A stretch of DNA of 62,506 nucleotides, the filler included, from an uncultured Chlamydiae bacterium (lineage in GTDB: Bacteria > Chlamydiota > Chlamydiia > Chlamydiales > SM23-39), in the NCBI GenBank assembly GCA_937899275.1. It is 2 parts of 2 records of this genome, joined end to end, with 100 filler letters (N's around TTAATTAATTAA, not from the genome) between each part and the next. Parts side by side here need not be neighbours in the genome. Positions count along the whole stretch, not along the records: positions 31,337 to 62,506 come from CALBPE010000105.1; 1 more part is not named here. One strand, given 5' to 3'. The position numbers and the translations under genes are program-made. Shown one piece after another: positions 48,630-57,054 of the stretch (positions within the stretch are counted from its first letter, which is position 1; each line of letters starts with the position of its first letter). The notes below the pieces were generated by a model that was not told where the DNA came from, did no database searches, and saw only the letters and a program-made list of their open reading frames with translations.

Positions 48630-48869
48630 ATGAAAAAACAAAATCCAAAAAAAATCGCGCAAAAAATCACTAGAAAACACCTAGATACTCCCGATGACGG
48701 GGCTCTTCATAGGGAAAAGTCGCTTCCTAAAAGCATCTACCAAGAAAAAAAATGCCGCAAACTAGAAGAAAAATCGCGTAAAATGCCGAGAGCAAGGGAG
48801 CCAAAGGAAAGATCCCTCCACCTCAACCCCTTGAGCAAAAGAGACAATTCTACGCAAAAAAGGGTGTAG
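48630..48869 (+). CDS. Small basic hypothetical protein
   Basis: 79-aa K/R-rich ORF with SD-like AAGGGGG upstream. Confidence 0.55.
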   Translation: MKKQNPKKIAQKITRKHLDTPDDGALHREKSLPKSIYQEKKCRKLEEKSRKMPRAREPKERSLHLNPLSKRDNSTQKRV

Positions 48870-48923
48870 CAAAAAGCGGGCATATATTGTCTTTATTGTA
48901 GCAATTGTATACGCTTTTCGAAA

Positions 48924-49793
48924 ATGACAAGGATGATCCACCTATCTGATCTGCACTTTTCTTATTTCACCTGGAGCCCTCTACAATTTTTCTCCAAAAG
49001 GTGGATCGGAAATGCCAATCTTCTACTCTCTCGTAGGACCACCTTTGTACCCCATGCCTTAGAGGATCTCCCCGAGCTATTTGCCTCTTTAGGTGTAGAA
49101 AAAGTCCTTTTTACAGGCGACGCCTCGACAACAGGCCTAAAAAAAGAGCTTGAAAAGGCGGCGCATTTTTTCGAAAAAATCTCACAAAAAAACATCCAGG
49201 TGATGGCTTTACCTGGAAATCACGATCACTACACCAAAAAAGATTACAAAAGAAAAACGTTTTACCGCTATTTCCCCTCAAAAAGCTTAGAAGAAAACGG
49301 CGTAGAGACCCTCCCTTTAGCAGACGGCTGGAATTACGTAGGTTTAGATGCGGTGCTATCAACCCCTTTTTACTCTTCAGAAGGCAGATTTTCTGAGAAA
49401 ATAGAACAGAATTTACTAAACACACTGGATGTACTCGGTCCAGAGAAGATTTTACTTGCAAGCCACTTTCCCTATATCCCTTTTGAAAGGCCTTTAAAAC
49501 GGCTGCAAAGAGGCGAAAAACTCGAGAAAATCATCAAAAAAGATCCCCGTATTCAGATCTATGCGCACGGCCATACCCATAGAAGATGTATTGCGGATTT
49601 GCGTAAAGAAGGGCCGCTGATTTTAGATAGCGGCCCTGTATCTCACATACAAAAAGGCTCTTTTTATCTATATGATCTGTCCAAAAACCAAATAGAAATC
49701 ACTATCTATGCAGTAGGAAAGTCGGGCTTTCATCCAATAGATACCGTCCGATTTGATTGGAAAAAACCGCCACTTTCTTTAGACTGTGACTAA
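48924..49793 (+). CDS. Calcineurin-like metallophosphoesterase
   Basis: SDLH, TGD, PGNHD, HGHTH. Confidence 0.92.
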   Translation: MTRMIHLSDLHFSYFTWSPLQFFSKRWIGNANLLLSRRTTFVPHALEDLPELFASLGVEKVLFTGDASTTGLKKELEKAAHFFEKISQKNIQVMALPGNHDHYTKKDYKRKTFYRYFPSKSLEENGVETLPLADGWNYVGLDAVLSTPFYSSEGRFSEKIEQNLLNTLDVLGPEKILLASHFPYIPFERPLKRLQRGEKLEKIIKKDPRIQIYAHGHTHRRCIADLRKEGPLILDSGPVSHIQKGSFYLYDLSKNQIEITIYAVGKSGFHPIDTVRFDWKKPPLSLDCD

Positions 49794-49807
49794 AAAATAG
49801 TGTGCTT

Positions 49808-50251
49808 ATGCAAGACGACTCTGAAAACTCTACAAATGTAGAAGAAAACCTCCAAGAAAACCTATGGTATGAAAAGGGCCTTCGTTTTTCTTGTACAGAG
49901 TGCGGCAAGTGTTGCACAGGATTTCCAGGAGCTGTTTGGTTAAGTGAAGAAGAAATCCTGCAGATTGCCCAGCATCTTGAACTTGATCCTCCCACATTTT
50001 TGAAAAGGTATACTCGACAGATCGATGGCAAAATCTCTTTAACAGAAAAAGCCAATTACGACTGCGTATTCTACCGAAAAAAAAAGTGTACCATTTATAA
50101 AAAAAGGCCCTCTCAATGCCGTTCGTATCCATTTTGGCCCTCGATTTTAAAAAGCGCATCTTCCTGGAAAGAAGAAGCAAAGTTTTGCGAAGTCATTACA
50201 GATGACGCCCCTTTACTCACCAAAAAGGAGATTCAGACTAAATGCGGCTGA
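49808..50251 (+). CDS. YkgJ-family CxxCxxCC cysteine cluster protein
   Basis: FSCTECGKCC, CVFY...CTIY..RPSQCRSYPFW. Confidence 0.9.
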   Translation: MQDDSENSTNVEENLQENLWYEKGLRFSCTECGKCCTGFPGAVWLSEEEILQIAQHLELDPPTFLKRYTRQIDGKISLTEKANYDCVFYRKKKCTIYKKRPSQCRSYPFWPSILKSASSWKEEAKFCEVITDDAPLLTKKEIQTKCG

Positions 50252-50724
50252 TCATTTTTTTTGTATTTTTTGTAACCTCCCCTTTATTTTGCTGTCCTTT
50301 TTGCCCGGGTAGCCCGCAAAAAGAGGCGCAAACATTTTATGAAGACGAGCTTGTGTTCGGATTTTATCCCCACAAACCCCTCTATGAAAACCACGTACTT
50401 GTCATCCCTCAAAGGCATGTAGAGCGCCTTGAAGATCTATCGGATGAGGAGATGACCGCTTTATTTCATCTAATCCAAAAGATTCATGAAAAGGTGTTTT
50501 TACCCCTGGGTCTTACCAACTACTTTATACTACAAAAAAATGGTAAAAGCGCTGGGCAAAGCGTGCCCCACGCGCATATTCATATGATTCCTGTAGAGGA
50601 AAATACGGGATCACTATCCACCTTATGGCGCTTTTTAATAGATCCTTTGTGCTATCCAAAAGATGCGCTTTATCTTGCAGAAAAAACCGCTTTCATCGCA
50701 GAAAAGCTCCATTCTACAAAATAA
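50242..50724 (+). CDS. HIT family hydrolase with a signal-peptide-like N-terminus
   Basis: CPFC, HVLVIP, AGQSVPHAHIHMIP. Confidence 0.9.
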   Translation: MRLIIFFVFFVTSPLFCCPFCPGSPQKEAQTFYEDELVFGFYPHKPLYENHVLVIPQRHVERLEDLSDEEMTALFHLIQKIHEKVFLPLGLTNYFILQKNGKSAGQSVPHAHIHMIPVEENTGSLSTLWRFLIDPLCYPKDALYLAEKTAFIAEKLHSTK

Positions 50725-50796
50725 GCGTCCCTGCACTTCATAGGTTTTTTTATTGCTTCTTTAGAGAAAATATTTTTACACTAAGCTCATACCATC

Positions 50797-52554
50797 ATGA
50801 AACATACTCTTCCTCAATTAGATGCTTTTTCTGAAGCTGCCCAAAGCCAAATTCGGCTGATCTTTTCCTCGGGATACGACTCTTCGTATCAAAAAGATGC
50901 GTTAGCGATTATTCAAAAGCACCCAGAAAAAGTAGAAGAGATCTTTGGAAAAAAACTGCAATTTGGCACGGGAGGCATCCGAGGCTTGATGGGTGTAGGG
51001 CCAAATCGCTTAAATGAATACACCATTGAGATGACCACCCAAGGTCTGGCAAATTACATACGAAAAAAAACAAAACAACCTAAACCCCGCGTACTCATCT
51101 GTTATGATAATAGAGAGCGCTCTTTTTTCTTTGCAAAACTCACCGCTAGAGTCCTTGCAGGCAATACGATTCAAGCATACATCACCCAGAACCTACGCCC
51201 CACTCCCCTTTGTTCTTTTGGTTGTAGATACTACAACTGCATTGCAGCTGTGATGATCACCGCTTCTCACAACCCTCCAGAGTATAACGGCTACAAAGTC
51301 TACTGGAAAGATGGCGCTCAGGTGGTTTCTCCCCACGATCAAGGGATCATTAAAGAGGTAAACCAGATTAAAACACCTGGTGAGGTGCAGATTGCTTCTA
51401 TAAAAAGCAGTCTCATCACCTGGGCAGGCTTACCACTAGATGAAGCGTATTTCCAAGAGCTCGATGCATTATTTCGTCCATACTACCCAAAAACACGTAG
51501 AAAAACACTTTCTCTTAAAATCATCTACTCCAATTTACATGGAACAGGGATTACACTCATTCCAAAAGCTCTACAACAAGCAGGTTTTCAATCCGTATAT
51601 TATGTAAAAGAACAGCTTGCTACAGACCCCACCTTTCCTGGAGCAAAAAGCCCTAATCCAGAAGAAGTCAGCGCATTAGAAAAAGGAGTCCTTCTACTAA
51701 AGAAAAAAGAGGCTGATGTATTTTTTGCTACCGATCCCGATGCAGATCGTATTGGGGTAGTCGCTATGCATCAAAAAAAACCGGTCCACTTTTCTGGTAA
51801 TCAAATCGCTTGTATCTGCCTTGATTTTTTAATAAAAAATAAAGATCTGTTACCTAAAAAAGCAGCTTTCATCAAAACGATTGTGACAACAGAGTTATTT
51901 CGAGCAATTTGTAAAGCCCATCATATGCCGTGTTATGATGTGCTTACTGGTTTTAAATACATTGCTCAGAAAATAGCTGCATGGGAAAAAAGCAAGGAAC
52001 ATACCTTTGTGTTTGGCGCAGAAGAGTCTTTAGGGTATCTGTTTGGTAGCTTTGTCCGCGATAAAGATAGCGCTAATGCCGCTGTTTTGATTGCGCTTGC
52101 TGCAGAAAAAGCCAAACAGCAAAAGCTTTCCTTATATAGTCAGTTAAAAAAAATCTACGCCTCTTACGGCGTGTATCGAGAAAAGCTATTTTCCCTTTCT
52201 TTTCCACCAGAAAAAAAAGAGCAAATGGATGACTTAATGCAGTCTCTTCGGGAAAATCCTAAAGCGTCTTTTGGGAGTTTTACAACAACACAGATTGAAG
52301 ATTATGCCACAAGTACAACAAGTAATATCGCAACGGATCTAACGACTCCACTTTTTCTACCAAAGTCCAACGTTCTTTGCTATAGATTTAAAAATAGCTC
52401 TTTCATACTTAGGCCCTCGGGTACAGAGCCAAAAATCAAATGCTACCTTAGCTCTGAGAGAAAAACGTTAGAGTCTTCAGTAGATCAAGCGGTAGATGAT
52501 TGCGATCAAGAATTACAAGAGCTGAAATGCGCAATAGAAAAATCGCTATTTTAA
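50797..52554 (+). CDS. Phosphoglucomutase/phosphomannomutase
   Basis: FGTGGIRG, TASHNP, DPDADR, GAEES, RPSGTEPK. Confidence 0.95.
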   Translation: MKHTLPQLDAFSEAAQSQIRLIFSSGYDSSYQKDALAIIQKHPEKVEEIFGKKLQFGTGGIRGLMGVGPNRLNEYTIEMTTQGLANYIRKKTKQPKPRVLICYDNRERSFFFAKLTARVLAGNTIQAYITQNLRPTPLCSFGCRYYNCIAAVMITASHNPPEYNGYKVYWKDGAQVVSPHDQGIIKEVNQIKTPGEVQIASIKSSLITWAGLPLDEAYFQELDALFRPYYPKTRRKTLSLKIIYSNLHGTGITLIPKALQQAGFQSVYYVKEQLATDPTFPGAKSPNPEEVSALEKGVLLLKKKEADVFFATDPDADRIGVVAMHQKKPVHFSGNQIACICLDFLIKNKDLLPKKAAFIKTIVTTELFRAICKAHHMPCYDVLTGFKYIAQKIAAWEKSKEHTFVFGAEESLGYLFGSFVRDKDSANAAVLIALAAEKAKQQKLSLYSQLKKIYASYGVYREKLFSLSFPPEKKEQMDDLMQSLRENPKASFGSFTTTQIEDYATSTTSNIATDLTTPLFLPKSNVLCYRFKNSSFILRPSGTEPKIKCYLSSERKTLESSVDQAVDDCDQELQELKCAIEKSLF

Positions 52555-52559
52555 CCAAC

Positions 52560-53780
52560 CTATAGCGAAATCCTATACGGCGGAGATTGCACGCCTGCCT
52601 TACTCACAGCAATGATTTCATATGTGGCAAACCCTTTACGCGGCATTTCATCTTGTATTGTAAAAAGAGCTGATGCCTCTATTTTTTGTAGAAATTTCCC
52701 ATTTTTTTTCACAATACAGTGCGACAAAATCGGTAGAGGATCCACTTTCCACTCTAAAGAGAGATACGGCATTTTTCCATGTAAAAAAGCAGATGTTTTT
52801 TTCTTGATTTCCACATTTTGGATAGTAGGCTCTGGTAGATAGACTAAAGAAGCCACAGGCTCGGGCAAGCGATATAAAACGCGTTTTTGCATTGTAATTA
52901 GATCGATTTCGACCATGTGTTTTTTTTGCACTAAAGATAACGTATTTAGATTTTGCAGTGTAGAACATGCTGCAAAAAAGTCGAGGGCTACATACTGAAA
53001 AATCTCTAAACTATCCAGTTGCATTTTAGCGATATTAGCTGTGTTTTTTCCTACCAAGTAGACAGAATTTTTTTCTAAAGAAGGGTAAATAGCCGTAATG
53101 TTTTCTACCTTATTTATAAGAGAGACTCTCTGCAAAGTAGACCCTGTAGATAGATCGACTAAAAATAGATCGTAGTCATATCTCGATGCAGAAGTAAGAA
53201 CTACATTTTCTTGCAAAAAAGCAACCGACGTTAAAGAAGAGTCTGTAAGCTGGATTTCGTCTACTTTAGATTCTTCTGGTATAGAAAGGAGATGCAGTTT
53301 TCCTCTAGCATCTACAATACAAGCAAAACTTTCTTCTGCATTGATCGCAAACGCGTTCATATCAAAACACCCATGAGCTATCCGCGCAGATACCACCTTT
53401 TTTTCTAGATCAAAAACGAGTAGATCTTTTGTAGACACAAGATAGCAAGCAGCCTTTCCCGCATAGATCCCTTGGATATCTGCTTGCACATCAATGGACG
53501 CAAGCACTTTTTTCTCTTTTAAGTCGATGATGTGTACAAAAGAGTCCCCTTTTTTTCCCGCAATAAGTAAATCTGCCTCTTTTGTCATAGAAAAAAAAGA
53601 AAGAGGTTCATCAAAGCGGATGCGACCTATCCGCTTACCTAGAGCGTCATCGAAAAAAACGATAGACCCGTCTTCGGATTGAGGCTGATTGGGAATATAA
53701 CATATTTGATGTGCAGATAAAGATAGGCTAAAAAAGGCTGCACCTATCCATAACATCCGCTTACTGAATGTGGATAACAT
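52560..53780 (-). CDS. Secreted beta-propeller (YncE/YVTN-like) protein with a C-terminal Ig/FN3-like domain
   Basis: Signal peptide, degenerate blade repeats, C-terminus LSLEW...YEIIAVSKAGVQS. Confidence 0.7.
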   Translation of the reverse strand: MLSTFSKRMLWIGAAFFSLSLSAHQICYIPNQPQSEDGSIVFFDDALGKRIGRIRFDEPLSFFSMTKEADLLIAGKKGDSFVHIIDLKEKKVLASIDVQADIQGIYAGKAACYLVSTKDLLVFDLEKKVVSARIAHGCFDMNAFAINAEESFACIVDARGKLHLLSIPEESKVDEIQLTDSSLTSVAFLQENVVLTSASRYDYDLFLVDLSTGSTLQRVSLINKVENITAIYPSLEKNSVYLVGKNTANIAKMQLDSLEIFQYVALDFFAACSTLQNLNTLSLVQKKHMVEIDLITMQKRVLYRLPEPVASLVYLPEPTIQNVEIKKKTSAFLHGKMPYLSLEWKVDPLPILSHCIVKKNGKFLQKIEASALFTIQDEMPRKGFATYEIIAVSKAGVQSPPYRISL

Positions 53781-54960
53781 GTCCTTTACTTCTTGTACCT
53801 GTTTTGCTTACTGCGATTATTGTATAGCGCACGGCATGCGCCTTTCTAGGGGGCGTATCTTCAAAAGAAAGAGGTTGATTTGCCTCTATTTTATGCAATA
53901 GCCTATTGCCTCGATAGACCTCAAAAAATGCTGTTTCTCCCTTTTCTGGTTTATCCCATGAGATCTGTAGTGTTTTTCTTGTAGTAAATAAAAAGCGGTT
54001 TTTTTTCACTTCTGAGCGCAAATTATACAAGACGGGTTGGGGAGATAGCGCAATTCTTGCGCATTCATCGGTAAGAGAGATGGTATCTACAATTGTACGT
54101 GAAGCAATATCGATTTTACTCACGGTATCTGATAAAAAATTTGCTACATATAAGAAAGCGCCGTCTGGTGTGATCGCAGCTCCTCTAGGAAAAAGTCCTA
54201 CAGAAATAGGTGGATGGACCTCACCTGTTCCCATATCAAATGATACAACGTTATGTGTGTTTTCTCCTGTAATAAATGCTGTTTGCCCATCAGGCGTTAT
54301 CACAAGAGAGCGTCCCCCTTCAGCTACTGCATCTAAATCGATTTGATGCAGAACTTGATGGGTATTTGTATCGATGACAAAAGCGCTATACGGCTTTTGC
54401 GTAGAAGCAGCAGAAATAACGCGCCCTTTTGGATCGATTGCCATGCCTTCGATAGGCGTCTTTAGAGGGATATGCAGCGCAGCTTTCGTGATGAGGTTGA
54501 TATAAGCGATCCCACTGTCTAGTGCGATATACGCTTTTTCACCACAAGGAGAAAGACGTAAGTTCTTTGATCCTTGGCCAACAAAAGGAATAGAAAACTC
54601 TACATCGAACGTTTCAGTAGAAAAACAAATAAGAGAGCTTCCCGAGACTACGTACCCTTTATTCCCCCTTTCTGCAATTGCGATTCCTGCAGGATTTGGA
54701 AAAGAAAGCTCTTGTATCGAAGCTTTTTTTTCCGTATCAATCACACTTACCGTACCTGAAGATTCATTCGACACATATAGGTATAACCCCAAAGGATGCA
54801 TTGCGAGATAACCTGGCTGATGTTCTACAGCAATACTAGAGGTATATTGGACCGCTTGTGTATCGATCACATCAACAAGGGCAGACGATTTTTGCGTAAC
54901 GTAAGCAGCGCATTCCGCAGTTAGGGGTAGTAACAAGATCCATAAAATATGTAGTTTCAT
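53761..54960 (-). CDS. Secreted YVTN beta-propeller repeat protein with a C-terminal Ig/FN3-like domain
   Basis: AYVTQ, LYVSN..SGTVSVIDT, AITPDG..LYVAN..SDTVS; C-terminus LQISW...YTIIAVSKTG. Confidence 0.85.
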   Translation of the reverse strand: MKLHILWILLLPLTAECAAYVTQKSSALVDVIDTQAVQYTSSIAVEHQPGYLAMHPLGLYLYVSNESSGTVSVIDTEKKASIQELSFPNPAGIAIAERGNKGYVVSGSSLICFSTETFDVEFSIPFVGQGSKNLRLSPCGEKAYIALDSGIAYINLITKAALHIPLKTPIEGMAIDPKGRVISAASTQKPYSAFVIDTNTHQVLHQIDLDAVAEGGRSLVITPDGQTAFITGENTHNVVSFDMGTGEVHPPISVGLFPRGAAITPDGAFLYVANFLSDTVSKIDIASRTIVDTISLTDECARIALSPQPVLYNLRSEVKKNRFLFTTRKTLQISWDKPEKGETAFFEVYRGNRLLHKIEANQPLSFEDTPPRKAHAVRYTIIAVSKTGTRSKGHVIHIQ

Positions 54961-55261
54961 ATAACCTGCCAAAAAAACGTTTTGATTTTAGAGGCAAAAA
55001 ATAATTATACGCTACTACTTTTATCCCCTCACCGGATAAATAGGAAATGCAACCCTTCGATAATGCTCGCGTAACCTTACAAATGATCGTATACAAAACC
55101 CCTGATAACTTTCTGGTTTTCACCTACCAGCATTTATCCATGAAGAGCGCCTTACTATTAGCCATGTATCATCGCGGTATCAGCTACACCCTTCCTACTT
55201 CTAAGCTTGCAAATAATAGACCGCTTACATAACATTTTTCTATGAAATTTATAGAGAAAAT

Positions 55262-55645
55262 ATGATCTCTACTTACCATCCACCAAGAACAATTGCAAGC
55301 GGCTGTTTATCAGCTGCTATTAAAAACAGAAATCCTCATGCTGTTGTAACAAACCATCTGTCTTGTTTTGAAAATGTCGCCCGCACGTTGATCGCAGAAT
55401 GCATGATCGCTATTTCTTTAGTGGTTTCTATTGCAGAAAGCATCTTTTTTGGCTTAGCTAGCTTATACAGCTCTTATTTCGACAGCAACAACCTTCAAGA
55501 GACTGCCAAATATTACCTTGCAAGTATGTATACTTTTACATGGTGCTTAGTAGCCCTTGTCGAAAATATCTACGCACAACCGATGAATAGTGACTTTTCT
55601 CCATTCCTTAATGGCACCGCCTTCGGCCGTCTAATTAAACACTAA
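55262..55645 (+). CDS. Small hydrophobic protein, tandem paralog 1
   Basis: TIA...ISLVVSIAESIFFGLASLY...WCLVALVENIY, shared with the 55897 and 56631 genes. Confidence 0.8.
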   Translation: MISTYHPPRTIASGCLSAAIKNRNPHAVVTNHLSCFENVARTLIAECMIAISLVVSIAESIFFGLASLYSSYFDSNNLQETAKYYLASMYTFTWCLVALVENIYAQPMNSDFSPFLNGTAFGRLIKH

Positions 55646-55824
55646 TCCGCATGTTTCGTTAGACGCAAACCATAGGGCCACGACATAAAAAGGACGTCCA
55701 AAGCCTTAGATAACCAAGATATAATCTTGCAAATTGTCTTAGTAAAAAAATATAGTTTTTTTTCATGTCAGCTAACTGCTTTTACTCATTAAGAATCAAG
55801 TACTTTAATCCATTAATCCTTAGG

Positions 55825-55881
55825 GTATAGGCTAAAATTAGCCTATACATCTTGACAATAATATGTAGATTACGAAATAAT
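55825..55881 (+). promoter_or_regulatory. Inverted repeat (operator-like) followed by a TTGACA promoter element
   Basis: GTATAGGCTAA-aa-TTAGCCTATAC at 55825-55848, TTGACA at 55852, AATAAT 18 bp later. Confidence 0.55.
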
Positions 55882-55896
55882 AATTAAATTAATTTT

Positions 55897-56319
55897 ATGA
55901 GAGATTACATGTCTTGTAATACAGGCTTTACTAATTACACATGTTTAGGTAGTTGGAATGAGCCAAATACTATTGCATACGATTATTTACACGATGCTAT
56001 TGATAATAGAAATCCTACTCGCAAGGGTTCCAGGCATTTGTTGAAAACCGTATCCCAAAGGATCATTTCAGCCGTGCAGATCCCTGCATTGTTAGTAGTT
56101 TCTATTGTAGAAAATATCTTTTATGCTTTAGCTAGCTTATATACCTATTGCTTCGATCCGGTCGAGACAAAAAAGATTATGAAAGCATTCAATGATAGTC
56201 TCTATGTTTCTGCATGGTGCTTAGTAGCCTTTGTCAAAAATATTTACGAAGAAGAGATGACTACTTACCGCTCTCAATTCCTTAACGAAACCTGTTTAAT
56301 TCGCCTGATTCAGTCGTAA
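55897..56319 (+). CDS. Small hydrophobic protein, tandem paralog 2
   Basis: LVVSIVENIFYALASLYTYCFD...SLYVSAWCLVAFVKNIY. Confidence 0.8.
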   Translation: MRDYMSCNTGFTNYTCLGSWNEPNTIAYDYLHDAIDNRNPTRKGSRHLLKTVSQRIISAVQIPALLVVSIVENIFYALASLYTYCFDPVETKKIMKAFNDSLYVSAWCLVAFVKNIYEEEMTTYRSQFLNETCLIRLIQS

Positions 56320-56410
56320 CTCTCATTTTGCAGTATATAGAAACCACAGGACTGCCAAGAAGTTAGCCTAAATCATAGATCATCCAGGCGGTTCTGCGTT
56401 TTTTTCACGA

Positions 56411-56508
56411 TACTTGATCCCAACATGATGGGTAATCAATAGCGTTTCTACTAGAACGCGTTTGATTTTTCCCACCTCTTCAAATGTTAACAAACACTCA
56501 TCTAACTG
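56411..56508 (-). repeat. Duplicated 3' fragment of the 7TM-HD gene (copy of 57089-57186)
   Basis: 98-bp alignment with 5 mismatches by manual comparison. Confidence 0.92.
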
Positions 56509-56540
56509 CGCATCATGCAACCTTTTAATCGTATCCCCCT

Positions 56541-56558
56541 TAGGCTACACTCAGCCTA
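56541..56558 (+). promoter_or_regulatory. Second copy of the TAGGCT-N6-AGCCTA palindrome
   Basis: taggct-acactc-agccta, followed by TTGCAAATAATATGTAGATT as upstream of paralog 2. Confidence 0.5.
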
Positions 56559-56630
56559 TTATTTAAACCTTGCAAATAATATGTAGATTGCACTAGTGTA
56601 CTTAAAAAAATTGTAATGTAGAGAAACTTT

Positions 56631-57011
56631 ATGAACGGTACTGTACCCAGCCAGTTATCATCCACTAGGTCCCCTCAAACTATTGCAGCGAGTTATATAT
56701 CATTGGCTTTAATGAACCGTGAGTATCCCTCTCAGTTTTTGTTGGAAACCGCAACTCGAAGGATCATTTCAGAATGCGTGATCGCTATCTCTTTAGTGGT
56801 TTCTATTGCAGAAAATATCTTTTATGGTTTAGCTAGCCTATATACCTATTGCTTCGATCGGGCCAGCGCAAAAGGGATAGCATTCACTGATAGTCTCTAT
56901 GTTTCTGCATGGTGCTTAGTAGCCCTTGTCAAAAATATTTACGCAAAAAGCATGAAGACTTACCGCTCTTCATTCCTTGATCAAACTCCCTTAGCCCATC
57001 TCCTTTCCTAG
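56631..57011 (+). CDS. Small hydrophobic protein, tandem paralog 3
   Basis: ISLVVSIAENIFYGLASLYTYCFD...SLYVSAWCLVALVKNIY. Confidence 0.8.
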   Translation: MNGTVPSQLSSTRSPQTIAASYISLALMNREYPSQFLLETATRRIISECVIAISLVVSIAENIFYGLASLYTYCFDRASAKGIAFTDSLYVSAWCLVALVKNIYAKSMKTYRSSFLDQTPLAHLLS

Positions 57012-57054
57012 ATAAAAACAGCAGGTCCAACGAGCAGCGAGACTTGATCCTAGA

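Noticed and set aside
55047..55232. 61-aa ORF upstream of paralog 1
   Set aside because: No motif, overlaps the putative promoter region of the paralog; probably non-coding.
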